Source: an uncultured archaeon
Lineage (GTDB): Archaea; Thermoproteota; Nitrososphaeria_A; Caldarchaeales; Calditenuaceae
Direction: 5' to 3'
Assembly (NCBI GenBank): GCA_938017985.1
Contig: CALIKS010000001.1
Location: 54,745-86,744, forward strand
Length of the DNA: 32,000 bases
The translations under genes were made by a program, and so were the position numbers. A model generated the notes under the pieces. That model did not search any database. It saw only the letters and a program-made list of their open reading frames with translations, and was not told the DNA's origin. This document shows, piece by piece, positions 19,360 to 28,150 of the stretch. Every line of letters starts with the position of its first letter. Positions within the stretch are counted from its first letter, which is position 1.

Positions 19360-19360
19360 A

Positions 19361-20830
19361 TTAATAGCCTATATAGATTGTCTTTATCTTCGTGTAGAAA
19401 TCTAGGACTGTCTCGCCAAGCTCTCTAAATGTCTCTGAGCTTGATTTCTTAAATCCTCCGAATGGTACTTGAATCTCTATTCCGGTTGTCGGCTTATTTA
19501 TCTTTACAACACCCGCCTTAATTCTTTTCATGAATTCAAATGCCTTGTCTAGACTGTTCGTGAAGATTGAAGCCGCAAGTCCATACTCAACAGAATTAGC
19601 AATATCTATTGCTTCATCAAAACTAGAGGCCGTTATCACTGAGAGGACTGGACCAAAGATTTCTTCCCTCGCTATACGCATATCCGGCGAAACTTCTGTA
19701 AATACTGTGGGCTCGACGAAGTATCCCTTATCATACTCGCCTCCAGTAAGTCTTTTTCCACCAGTCACTAGCTTAGCCCCCTCCGAAATGCCTATACTTA
19801 TGTAGGAGAGGATTTTTTCCAGTTCTCGCTGACCCACTACTGGACCAATATCTATCCCCTCTTTTAATCCATTCCCAACTCTGAATTTCTTCGCCCTCTC
19901 AACGATTTTTCTTATGAACTCATCTGCTATTTTATCAATCACTATTGCCCTGCTGGTTGCTGTACATACTTGGCCTGTTAGGCCAAAAGCCCCTCTAGCT
20001 ACCATCTCTACTGCCTTATCTATATCCGCGTCCGGTAGGATTATTGCTGGATTTTTCCCACCTAACTCAAGCTGGATTCTAATATTCTTCCCAGAAGTAG
20101 CAGAAAGTCGACGGATCTCCTCACCAACCTCTAAAGAACCGGTAAAAGTAATCGCGTCAACATTCTTGCTTGTAATCATTTCTAAACCTACTGTAGTCCC
20201 ACTTCCAGTCACGTAGTTGATGACGCCTTTCGGTATTCCTGCCTTTATCAGCGCCTCTACTAATAAATAACCGATGAGTGGAGTATAGGATGCTGGCTTA
20301 AACACTACTGTGTTTCCACATGCAAGCGCAGGGGCAATTTTCCAAGAAGGGATAGCTGCTGGAAAGTTCCATGGAGTTATCACCGACACAACACCTATCG
20401 GCTCTCTAATGGTAATTAGATGAGTCCTCAGCTCAGATGAGTGTAGACTCTCCCCGTGAATCCTGCTAGCCAGTACGCCGTAAAACCTGAATAGACTTAT
20501 CGCCCTGTTGATTTCTACTCTGCTATCGTTAAGAGTCTTGCCCTCTTCCATCGTTAATATATTCACAAGCTCTTCCCTCATCGAGTCAAGTATTTCTGAT
20601 GCTTTGATGAGTATTCTTCCTCTCTCTCCGGGAGGTGTCTCAGACCACTTCTCCCATGCTTCCAGGGCGGCTGATATTGCATTTTTAGCATCTTCACGAG
20701 TTGATAATTGAAAATAACCAAGAACATCGTCAGTATCTGCTGGATTATTATCAACGAAGCGCTCACCACTAGAAGATTCAACGTATTCACCATTAATATA
20801 ATTCTTATACACGACTGACTGCATACTCAA
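19361..20830 (-). CDS. NAD(P)+-dependent aldehyde dehydrogenase; context suggests 2,5-dioxopentanoate (alpha-ketoglutarate semialdehyde) dehydrogenase
   Basis: 489-aa ORF with ALDH glutamate motif LELGGKNP and the catalytic cysteine context GQVCTATSR. It is convergent with the KdaD-like gene across a 1-nt gap. Substrate specificity is inferred from context only. Confidence 0.88.
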   Translation of the reverse strand: MSMQSVVYKNYINGEYVESSSGERFVDNNPADTDDVLGYFQLSTREDAKNAISAALEAWEKWSETPPGERGRILIKASEILDSMREELVNILTMEEGKTLNDSRVEINRAISLFRFYGVLASRIHGESLHSSELRTHLITIREPIGVVSVITPWNFPAAIPSWKIAPALACGNTVVFKPASYTPLIGYLLVEALIKAGIPKGVINYVTGSGTTVGLEMITSKNVDAITFTGSLEVGEEIRRLSATSGKNIRIQLELGGKNPAIILPDADIDKAVEMVARGAFGLTGQVCTATSRAIVIDKIADEFIRKIVERAKKFRVGNGLKEGIDIGPVVGQRELEKILSYISIGISEGAKLVTGGKRLTGGEYDKGYFVEPTVFTEVSPDMRIAREEIFGPVLSVITASSFDEAIDIANSVEYGLAASIFTNSLDKAFEFMKRIKAGVVKINKPTTGIEIQVPFGGFKKSSSETFRELGETVLDFYTKIKTIYIGY

Positions 20831-20975
20831 ATTATTTACTTAGATAGTTATAGTATAAATATTTTAAGCAAAAACAACGTTAATAGTAAATTCTCAATAA
20901 CTTTTGGATGACTGCATCGAGATACTCTTTGTCCCGCTAAATATCTCGCTCAGAAATTTTGTTCAGGGCTAAACG

Positions 20976-21992
20976 CTATATCATTTTTCTTATTTCGTTA
21001 ATAAGCTCGTCGCAAACTTCATGTGTAGTAGATTTTCCACCTAGGTCTGGAGTCATTACCTTTTTCCTAGCCAATAGATTAGTGACGCTCCTTTCTATCA
21101 ATTCCGCACACTTCTTCGCCCTTTCATCAATATGATTTTCACCCAGCCAGGCAAGCATCATGGACGCAGATAAAATCATGGCAATTGGGTTTGCATACTT
21201 CGGGTCAATGCTAGGAGCAGACCCATGGACAGGCTCAAATAATGCATATTTATCGCCGATATTCCCTGAGGGGGCGATTCCTAGTGTTCCACAGACTCCT
21301 GCCGCCTCGTCGCTAAGTATATCGCCAAACATGTTTGTGGTTAGTATAACATCAAACTGTGATGGATCCACGACTAGTTGATAAGCGGCATTATCTACAT
21401 ACATGTATTCAAGCCTAAAATCACCCATTGAGTTGATTATGGCCGTCGCGACTTCTCTAAAGAAACGATGGGCCATAATAACGTTTGACTTATCTACAAT
21501 AGTTATTTTTTTCTTTCTATGAGCAGCATATTTGCATGCAGTCCTAGCTATTCTCTCCGTTCCAAATCTAGAAAACGACATAAGAGCCACTGCATAATCA
21601 AGCCCAACATCTTCAACTCCTCTATAAACATCCTCTGTATTTTCTCTGACTATTAACAAATCAACTCCAGTATACTTAGACTTTACTCCTTCGTATGTCT
21701 TAGCAGGTCTTAAGTTTGCATAAAGGTCAAGCCTCCTTCTCAAGTATACAATGACATCCTTAGCTGTCTCTCCAACCGGCCCCTTCAGACAAGCATCAGA
21801 CTTCTCAATAGTCAAGAGGCTACTTTGCGGCAGTGAGGAGCCGAAGTCCCTTAATGCACCGTCGCCAGCAGGCGCATCGTGAAAGTTAATGTTTAACCCT
21901 AACTGGTCAGAAACAAAACATAAGACACGTAACGTCTCATTAACGATTGACGGCCCAATCCCGTCTCCCCGAATTACAGCTATCCTATACAT
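20976..21992 (-). CDS. Isopropylmalate/homoisocitrate/isocitrate dehydrogenase-family enzyme (most likely 3-isopropylmalate or homoisocitrate dehydrogenase)
   Basis: 338-aa ORF with IAVIRGDGIGPSIV, LRPAK, VRENTEDVY and NMFGDILSDEAAGVCGTLGIAPS. Confidence 0.9.
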   Translation of the reverse strand: MYRIAVIRGDGIGPSIVNETLRVLCFVSDQLGLNINFHDAPAGDGALRDFGSSLPQSSLLTIEKSDACLKGPVGETAKDVIVYLRRRLDLYANLRPAKTYEGVKSKYTGVDLLIVRENTEDVYRGVEDVGLDYAVALMSFSRFGTERIARTACKYAAHRKKKITIVDKSNVIMAHRFFREVATAIINSMGDFRLEYMYVDNAAYQLVVDPSQFDVILTTNMFGDILSDEAAGVCGTLGIAPSGNIGDKYALFEPVHGSAPSIDPKYANPIAMILSASMMLAWLGENHIDERAKKCAELIERSVTNLLARKKVMTPDLGGKSTTHEVCDELINEIRKMI

Positions 21993-22067
21993 TTCTTCAT
22001 CTTCGCCATTAATATTTGGAAAATGGAAGTATAAGAGTTATAACTTCGAGTTGAATAATTAGTCTTA

Positions 22068-22754
22068 GTGAGACTGCTAGCACTTTTCTCAGGTGGTAAA
22101 GACTCATTATTAGCAGTGCAAAAAGCACTTGAAATGGGACATAAAGTTGCATGCTTGCTTACAGTGAAGCCGGAGAGACTTGACTCCTGGATGTTCCATA
22201 CTGTATGTCTATCTGCTACTCCCTTACAGGCCGAGGCAATGAATATTCCACATGTCGTAATAAAAGTTAGCGGCATAAAAGAACTAGAGCAAATCGAGTT
22301 GATTTATTCAATCAAAAAAGTAATAATGGATTATGAAGTAGAGGGCATAGTGAGTGGCTCGATTATAAGTAATTATCAAAAGAAGAGAATCGATATGCTA
22401 TGTGAGAAATATTCCTTGACACATATTGCTCCAAATTGGGGCACTTCTAGCCCTGAATTATTAGGAGAAGTTATTAGGAGAGGCTACGTAGTCATGATTA
22501 CTTCAGTAAATGCTTATGGCTTGGGACGCGAGTGGTTAGGACGCATAATCGACGAAGAATCAGTAAAGGAGCTTATTGAAACTGCAGAGAGGTACGGTTT
22601 TAACGCTGGAGGAGAAGGCGGAGAATATGAGACATTAGTCCTTGACTCACCCTTGTTTAATCGAAGATTACATATCAAAGACTACGAAGTAGTATGGAAA
22701 AAGAATTATGGATATATTCATCCAAAATCAATTTTGCTCTCCGCTAAGTCTTAA
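22068..22754 (+). CDS. PP-loop ATP pyrophosphatase of the MJ0570/Dph6 (diphthine-ammonia ligase) family
   Basis: 228-aa ORF with a GTG start. The N-terminal MRLLALFSGGKDSLLAV is the PP-loop, followed by GGEGGEYETLVLDSPLF, which is typical of this family. Confidence 0.8.
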   Translation: MRLLALFSGGKDSLLAVQKALEMGHKVACLLTVKPERLDSWMFHTVCLSATPLQAEAMNIPHVVIKVSGIKELEQIELIYSIKKVIMDYEVEGIVSGSIISNYQKKRIDMLCEKYSLTHIAPNWGTSSPELLGEVIRRGYVVMITSVNAYGLGREWLGRIIDEESVKELIETAERYGFNAGGEGGEYETLVLDSPLFNRRLHIKDYEVVWKKNYGYIHPKSILLSAKS

Positions 22755-23295
22755 CCCCAATGCAGCTTAGAATCTCTTTTATAATTCGTGCAGTAATTCC
22801 CCAGATAATATTATTCTTATCCATGCTGTATACATCCGCTAAGACCTCGCCTCTCATACTCTTCATATATCTTCTCTCGAATACAAGATTACGGAGGGCT
22901 ACCCAGCGATAATCTTTAAGCTCCTCGTTAATAACGACAGGGGGCTTATTACTCGTTAATAAAATGAGCGGCATTATCTTTAGTTCTGGCCTAATGCGTG
23001 GAGACCTTGGAGGAAGCCAACCTATGGGCAATAGTGATGACAGGTCTATCGACGTCTCCTCCATTACTTCTCTCCTTATAGTATCGTAAAGATCTGTATC
23101 ATGACCACTCCATTTACCACCTGGCATCGCCCAGTCACCGCTCCATGGATCACTTGGTTTCTCTGCTCTTTTTACTAATAGGACCTCTAATTCCAATGTA
23201 AGAATTGCTGCAACGCCTGCCCAATTATCACCACCCGTAGGAACAGGATTAAAAGGAAGCAGACATTTCGAAAGCTTAACAAGCCACTCAGTCAT
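22744..23295 (-). CDS. Nudix hydrolase (CoA pyrophosphatase-like)
   Basis: 183-aa ORF. The Nudix box is GGKWSGHDTDLYDTIRREVMEETSI. The preceding LLVKRAEKPSDPWSGDWAMPGG resembles the CoA-pyrophosphatase subfamily motif. Confidence 0.8.
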   Translation of the reverse strand: MTEWLVKLSKCLLPFNPVPTGGDNWAGVAAILTLELEVLLVKRAEKPSDPWSGDWAMPGGKWSGHDTDLYDTIRREVMEETSIDLSSLLPIGWLPPRSPRIRPELKIMPLILLTSNKPPVVINEELKDYRWVALRNLVFERRYMKSMRGEVLADVYSMDKNNIIWGITARIIKEILSCIGVKT

Positions 23296-23338
23296 CTATT
23301 CTTTATATTTTTTACTTACCTCCTAAATAACATAATTT

Positions 23339-26300
23339 GTGGATTCCACACAAGTGCGAGCAAACTACATTGAGAGCTGTCCAAACTGTGGCGGAGACAT
23401 AACAGACGAAGAATTATTACTAAGGAGTGTTTGTTCTAAATGCTTAAGCGAACCAGCAAGTACCCAATATGAGCTCTACCAAAAACTGAAAAACAGTGGA
23501 GAACTACTCAATTTTAAGGAACCGCTTGAGCTGGCTATCTGGATTAATGATTTCAAGGATTTTTTCAAAAGACTTGTCGGTGCAAGGCCTTGGTCACTGC
23601 AAGAGACATGGGCTAGAAGAGTATACCTCGGAAGAAGCTTCTCCATCGTTGCACCTACAGGGATGGGAAAATCAATATTCGGACTAGTAATGTGTATATA
23701 TTTAGCAACGAGGGGGCAAAAGTGCTACTTCATTGTGCCGAGCAGCCTATTAGTGCAACACTTCTTAGACAAGGCAAATGCATTCATCGAAAAAATTTCC
23801 GGAGATAAGCCAAAAGTAATCGGCTACTACTCAGGAATGCCCAAAAAAGAGGCTGGAGAAGTATTAAAAAGAATAGGTGATAGAGATTTCGACATTTTAA
23901 TCACTACGGATAGATTCCTCTATAATAGATTTGATATCTTAATGCGCAATGATTTCAACTTCATATTTGTAGATGATGTTGATTCCTTTCTTAAAAGTCC
24001 AAAAAACATCGATAAGGTAATCATGTTGATGGGGTTTAAGCCTGATGTTATCGATGAAGTAATGAGAATAATCGAGTTAAGAAGAAAGAGAAGACTGACA
24101 GAGGAAGAACTGGACGAATTAGACCTACTCGAAGAATCGATCAATAATCATAGATGCTCAGTCAAGAAAGTATTAGTAGTCTCAGGAGCCACCCTAAGAG
24201 GAGTCAGGTCACGCCGATTGCAATTGTTTCGTTATTTGTTTGGCTTTCAGCCAGGTTATAGTTTTGAATTTGTCAGAAATATTACAAACTTTATCGTTAA
24301 GAAATCCACTACTATCGAAGAGGAGGTCTACAATATACTCAAGAAGTTTGGCGGAGGATGCCTAATATTTGTGCCTCAGACCGAGGGAATAAGTTATGCA
24401 TCAAGATTATCCGAATACTTGAACAAGAAACAGATACCAGTCCATGCATATTCTAAAATGAATCCAAAAATGATACACTTATTCATCAATGGAAACTTTC
24501 ATGCACTTATTGGAGTTGCAAGTAATAAGAGCCCACTTGCCAGAGGAATAGACCTTCCCGAAAATATTAGGTACGTGATATTTGCAGGAGTGCCTAGAAG
24601 AGAAATTAAGATTTCAAAAGATGAATACGTTCCGGTAAAACTCTTAACACTACTCAGAAATATATCGCCACTAATTGAAGATCAGTTTTCCAATGAGGTG
24701 TCACGCGTCATAGCAATGTTATCAAAAACCGTTCCTACACACTCTGAAATAATTGAAAAAGTTCGAGAGGCCTTGATGAATAATGCTGAGCTGGAGGGGT
24801 TCGAAGGATTTGTCCTCCAAGCTGTTAAAGAGGCTAGAAGACTTATCTCGCAATTGCTTACAGAGGAAAGAATAAAGATCCTGACGGAGCGTACAGACAT
24901 TTATATTAGAGTTCAAGAAGACGGTTATAGACTCATTATTCCAGACATTGATGGATTTATACAGGCTTCTGGTCGTTCCTCTAGACTATATGCCGGAGGA
25001 ATAAGCAGAGGCATATCATTCATCATCAACGACGATGAAAAGGCACTTCATGGATTGCTAAAACGCCTAAAAGTGCTTTACGAGGAAGAATCATTCATTG
25101 AATATTCAGAAGAAGTAGCAGCTAAGGAATTTGAAAAAGTTGATGAAGATAGAAGGAAAATAATAGCCATTAAGAAAGGCGAGATCATAGCGGAGGAAAT
25201 GGACATTATCAAATCAGCATTGGTAATAGTTGAGTCACCTACGAAGGCTAGGACTATTGCGACGTTTTTCGGCAGACCTGTGAGGAGAAGAGTTGGAAAC
25301 TTAACTGTTTATGAATCACTTAGCGGCGAGATGGTTCTGACAGTCGTTGCTTGTCAGGGACACATATTTGACCTTACTACTATTCATGGTTTTCACGGTG
25401 TAGACATCAGAAATGGAATATTCGTACCTAATTATACCTATATTAAGAAATGTATGAAATGTGGTGAGCAATTTACAGATAGTGATAAATGTCCTGAATG
25501 TGGTTCTAAAAATGTATTCTCTAAAAAAGAAATAATGGATTCCTTGAAGCAATTAGCACTGGAGGCAAACAGAATTTTAATAGCTACGGACCCTGATGCT
25601 GAGGGAGAAAAAATAGGATACGACGTATATTGCAACTTGTATCCATACAATAATAATATAGACAGGCTGCTATTTCATGAGGTTACACGGAAGGCGCTTA
25701 GGAGATCGATTAATTCGCTCGAAAAAATTAGGCCATCATTAGTAGAATCCCAGACGGTTAGACGAATAGAAGACAGATGGATTGGATTCGAGTTAAGTAG
25801 AAAATTATGGGAAAAATTTGGAAGAAGGACTCTTTCAGCTGGTCGGGTACAGACCCCTGTACTGGGATGGATAATAGAGAGAATGAATGAGGCCAAGAAG
25901 AAACAAACCGTAGCTACATTTACGCTTGAAAATGAATTAAGGATTGAGGTTGCAGAGCCTAAAGATTTGGAGGAACTGCATGAAAAAGTAAATAAAGGTG
26001 AACTCTTTGCTGAAATTGAAGTTCTCTCGGTAAAATCAGACATAGTCAATCCGCCTCCACCCTATTCGACCGATTCGTTACTCAGAGATGCCTCCATCTC
26101 CTTAAGAATGGGAACAGCAGAGACTATGCGTGTTGCACAGACACTATTCGAGTCAGGGCTCATCACGTATCATAGGACAGACTCAACTACTGTCTCAAGC
26201 ACCGGCGCATCATTAGCACAGCAATATATTGAAGAAAACTACCCAGGTCTGTACAAATGGAGACCGTACAAAAGCGAGGGAGCTCATGAATGCATAAGGC

Positions 26301-26941
26301 CAACTAGGCCACTAAACAGGAGACAATTAGAGTTCTATCTTCGGTCGGGCGTTATGAGGCTCCCTTTAAAAATTGGAGAAAAAGAGTTAAGATTATATGA
26401 ATTGATTTTTAATAGATTTATTGCTTCCCAAATGGTCGAGGCGACCGTTACTGTTCAGGAGCTCAAAGTAATTCTTAACAATAATACAACTACGTTAAAC
26501 CAAATAGTCTCTATAGATTCACCTGGATTCCTTAAAGTTTTGCCGATTGTTAAACCTATAAAGATGGTCTCCCCGGGCAAGTTTCGGGTAGTAAACATCG
26601 AGGTAAAGCGGATACCTGCTAAATATTTGTTTAATGAAGGAGAACTTGTGGCCATGATGAGGCAGAGAGGAATAGGAAGGCCGAGCACTTATTCAAGAAT
26701 ACTCGAGGTTCTATATAATCGAGGATATATTTTCCAAAATAATGGAAGACTACTAAGCACAAAACTTGGACGAGCTATCTATAATTACTTAACAGATAAA
26801 TACGGAGATTTAGTCTCAGAAGAATTAACGAGGAAACTAGAGGAGACAATGGATAAGATTGAAAATAGAGAAATCAACTATCAAGAAGTGCTTAAGCAGC
26901 TCTATGCAGATTTATCTCGAATAATGAAAGAAACGAACTGA
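23339..26941 (+). CDS. rgy: Reverse gyrase (helicase-like domain fused to type IA topoisomerase)
   Basis: 1200-aa ORF. N-terminal Zn finger CPNCGG...CSKC. Helicase motifs APTGMGKS and FVDDVD. TOPRIM VIVESPTKA and TDPDAEGE. An inserted Zn finger CMKCGEQFTDSDKCPECG. The active-site tyrosine context is LITYHRTDS. The GTG start at 23339 is preceded by an in-frame TAA at 23333. Confidence 0.97.
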   Translation: MDSTQVRANYIESCPNCGGDITDEELLLRSVCSKCLSEPASTQYELYQKLKNSGELLNFKEPLELAIWINDFKDFFKRLVGARPWSLQETWARRVYLGRSFSIVAPTGMGKSIFGLVMCIYLATRGQKCYFIVPSSLLVQHFLDKANAFIEKISGDKPKVIGYYSGMPKKEAGEVLKRIGDRDFDILITTDRFLYNRFDILMRNDFNFIFVDDVDSFLKSPKNIDKVIMLMGFKPDVIDEVMRIIELRRKRRLTEEELDELDLLEESINNHRCSVKKVLVVSGATLRGVRSRRLQLFRYLFGFQPGYSFEFVRNITNFIVKKSTTIEEEVYNILKKFGGGCLIFVPQTEGISYASRLSEYLNKKQIPVHAYSKMNPKMIHLFINGNFHALIGVASNKSPLARGIDLPENIRYVIFAGVPRREIKISKDEYVPVKLLTLLRNISPLIEDQFSNEVSRVIAMLSKTVPTHSEIIEKVREALMNNAELEGFEGFVLQAVKEARRLISQLLTEERIKILTERTDIYIRVQEDGYRLIIPDIDGFIQASGRSSRLYAGGISRGISFIINDDEKALHGLLKRLKVLYEEESFIEYSEEVAAKEFEKVDEDRRKIIAIKKGEIIAEEMDIIKSALVIVESPTKARTIATFFGRPVRRRVGNLTVYESLSGEMVLTVVACQGHIFDLTTIHGFHGVDIRNGIFVPNYTYIKKCMKCGEQFTDSDKCPECGSKNVFSKKEIMDSLKQLALEANRILIATDPDAEGEKIGYDVYCNLYPYNNNIDRLLFHEVTRKALRRSINSLEKIRPSLVESQTVRRIEDRWIGFELSRKLWEKFGRRTLSAGRVQTPVLGWIIERMNEAKKKQTVATFTLENELRIEVAEPKDLEELHEKVNKGELFAEIEVLSVKSDIVNPPPPYSTDSLLRDASISLRMGTAETMRVAQTLFESGLITYHRTDSTTVSSTGASLAQQYIEENYPGLYKWRPYKSEGAHECIRPTRPLNRRQLEFYLRSGVMRLPLKIGEKELRLYELIFNRFIASQMVEATVTVQELKVILNNNTTTLNQIVSIDSPGFLKVLPIVKPIKMVSPGKFRVVNIEVKRIPAKYLFNEGELVAMMRQRGIGRPSTYSRILEVLYNRGYIFQNNGRLLSTKLGRAIYNYLTDKYGDLVSEELTRKLEETMDKIENREINYQEVLKQLYADLSRIMKETN

Positions 26942-27005
26942 TTAATTGGAAAAGGTAATAAGATCCCAAAGGTAATAAAATATGTCAAAAGAGATGAACG
27001 TATAA

Positions 27006-27122
27006 ATGAGTTTGGAACAATACATTGATGCACTCTATTCAAATGTTTATTACTTATTTATAATTGGGTTGGCTCTTTACGTTGCATATGTTATTTATTC
27101 GTCGGTGAAAGAGGCGAAATAA
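27006..27122 (+). CDS. Candidate 38-aa single-TM small protein (unannotated sORF)
   Basis: ATG at 27006 encodes MSLEQYIDALYSNVYYLFIIGLALYVAYVIYSSVKEAK-stop. An AT-rich TATA-like taataaaata (~26974-26983) lies ~27 nt upstream, the geometry of a leaderless transcript. The last 32 nt overlap the poorly constrained 3' tail of the convergent ttuA-like gene. It is below the ORF-track length cut-off. Confidence 0.3.
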   Translation: MSLEQYIDALYSNVYYLFIIGLALYVAYVIYSSVKEAK

Positions 27123-28038
27123 AATTTATTCTTAATATTTCCCCTAGAATTTGGCATGCTCTGCATACATCACTCGTCGAGGGGCTAAGACATACACGAC
27201 AGAATTTTTTAGCGGTTTCTTTTTCTTGTCGCATCAATAATTCCTCAAGCGACGAGATTGCTGCATAAAGAGAGCCGGGATGCCTCTCCTCGAACTCAGT
27301 TAAAAATCTTCTGATTGAATCTCTTTGCGAATATGATGCATAGGGACATGGCGTCTCTTGAAATGGTATTCCTGAAATATATGCATATAGTACTACCTCG
27401 CTTTCAGGAGTTAATCTGAAAGGTGCGACCCTTGGGATGGGGCCCTCCTTTGACCTTACACCTATCAATCCTTTCGGCAAGTCTCCTCTTAATATATTCA
27501 TTAGATATGTCTGAATAATATCATCCAGCGTGTGAGCTGTCGCGATGACTGTTGCCCCGACTTTTTCAGCCGCTATGTCTAACGCTCTTCGCCTAAGAAC
27601 TCCACATATTGTACATGGACCAAAATCTTTCTTCGCTTGATTATAAATATTCATGTATTCGTGAATAGTGATTTTGAACAGCTCCTTAAAGGCGTATACG
27701 TGATGCTCTACTCCGAGTCTATTGCAGAAATCTACGGCTAGTTTAAGTGACTCGTCTCTATACCCCGGTATTCCCTCATCTATAGTTATAGCTACGAGTG
27801 AAGCCTCTGGAAAATCTCTCTCAATCTTCCATAACAATTTAACAAGCGATAAACTATCTTTTCCCCCAGAGACAGCAACAGCTATTCTATCATCTTCCCT
27901 AAACAAATTATACTTAGATATTGTCTTTCTAACACGTTTCTCGAAACTTTCAATAAAGCAACTTCTACAAAGCTTTTCACCAGATATCTCTCTCTTATAG
28001 ACTACTTTTTCGGAGCTACATCGACTGCATATTGACAT
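27091..28038 (-). CDS. tRNA 2-thiouridine synthetase of the TtuA/NcsA (Ncs6/Ctu1) PP-loop family
   Basis: 315-aa ORF. N-terminal Zn finger CSRC...CRSC. PP-loop AVSGGKDSLSL. Cluster-ligand cysteines are in CTICGVLRR and PCPY. C-terminal Zn finger CRVC...CRAC. Confidence 0.88.
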   Translation of the reverse strand: MSICSRCSSEKVVYKREISGEKLCRSCFIESFEKRVRKTISKYNLFREDDRIAVAVSGGKDSLSLVKLLWKIERDFPEASLVAITIDEGIPGYRDESLKLAVDFCNRLGVEHHVYAFKELFKITIHEYMNIYNQAKKDFGPCTICGVLRRRALDIAAEKVGATVIATAHTLDDIIQTYLMNILRGDLPKGLIGVRSKEGPIPRVAPFRLTPESEVVLYAYISGIPFQETPCPYASYSQRDSIRRFLTEFEERHPGSLYAAISSLEELLMRQEKETAKKFCRVCLSPSTSDVCRACQILGEILRINFISPLSPTNK

Positions 28039-28150
28039 TTAGCTACCTACCGAATTATCATGAAGTTCGAGGTAAAAAAGATGTTGCCTACCCCAAAAGA
28101 AAAATAATGATAAATAAGGAGCAAATTATAGAAAAATTAGTGTAATAAGA

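Noticed and set aside
21980-22276. A 98-aa minus-strand ORF upstream of the IPMDH-family gene.
   Set aside because: It overlaps the IPMDH start by 13 nt and runs antisense through the conserved PP-loop N-terminus of the Dph6-like gene (22068 onward). It has no motifs. The 75-nt space 21993-22067 is better explained as a divergent promoter.
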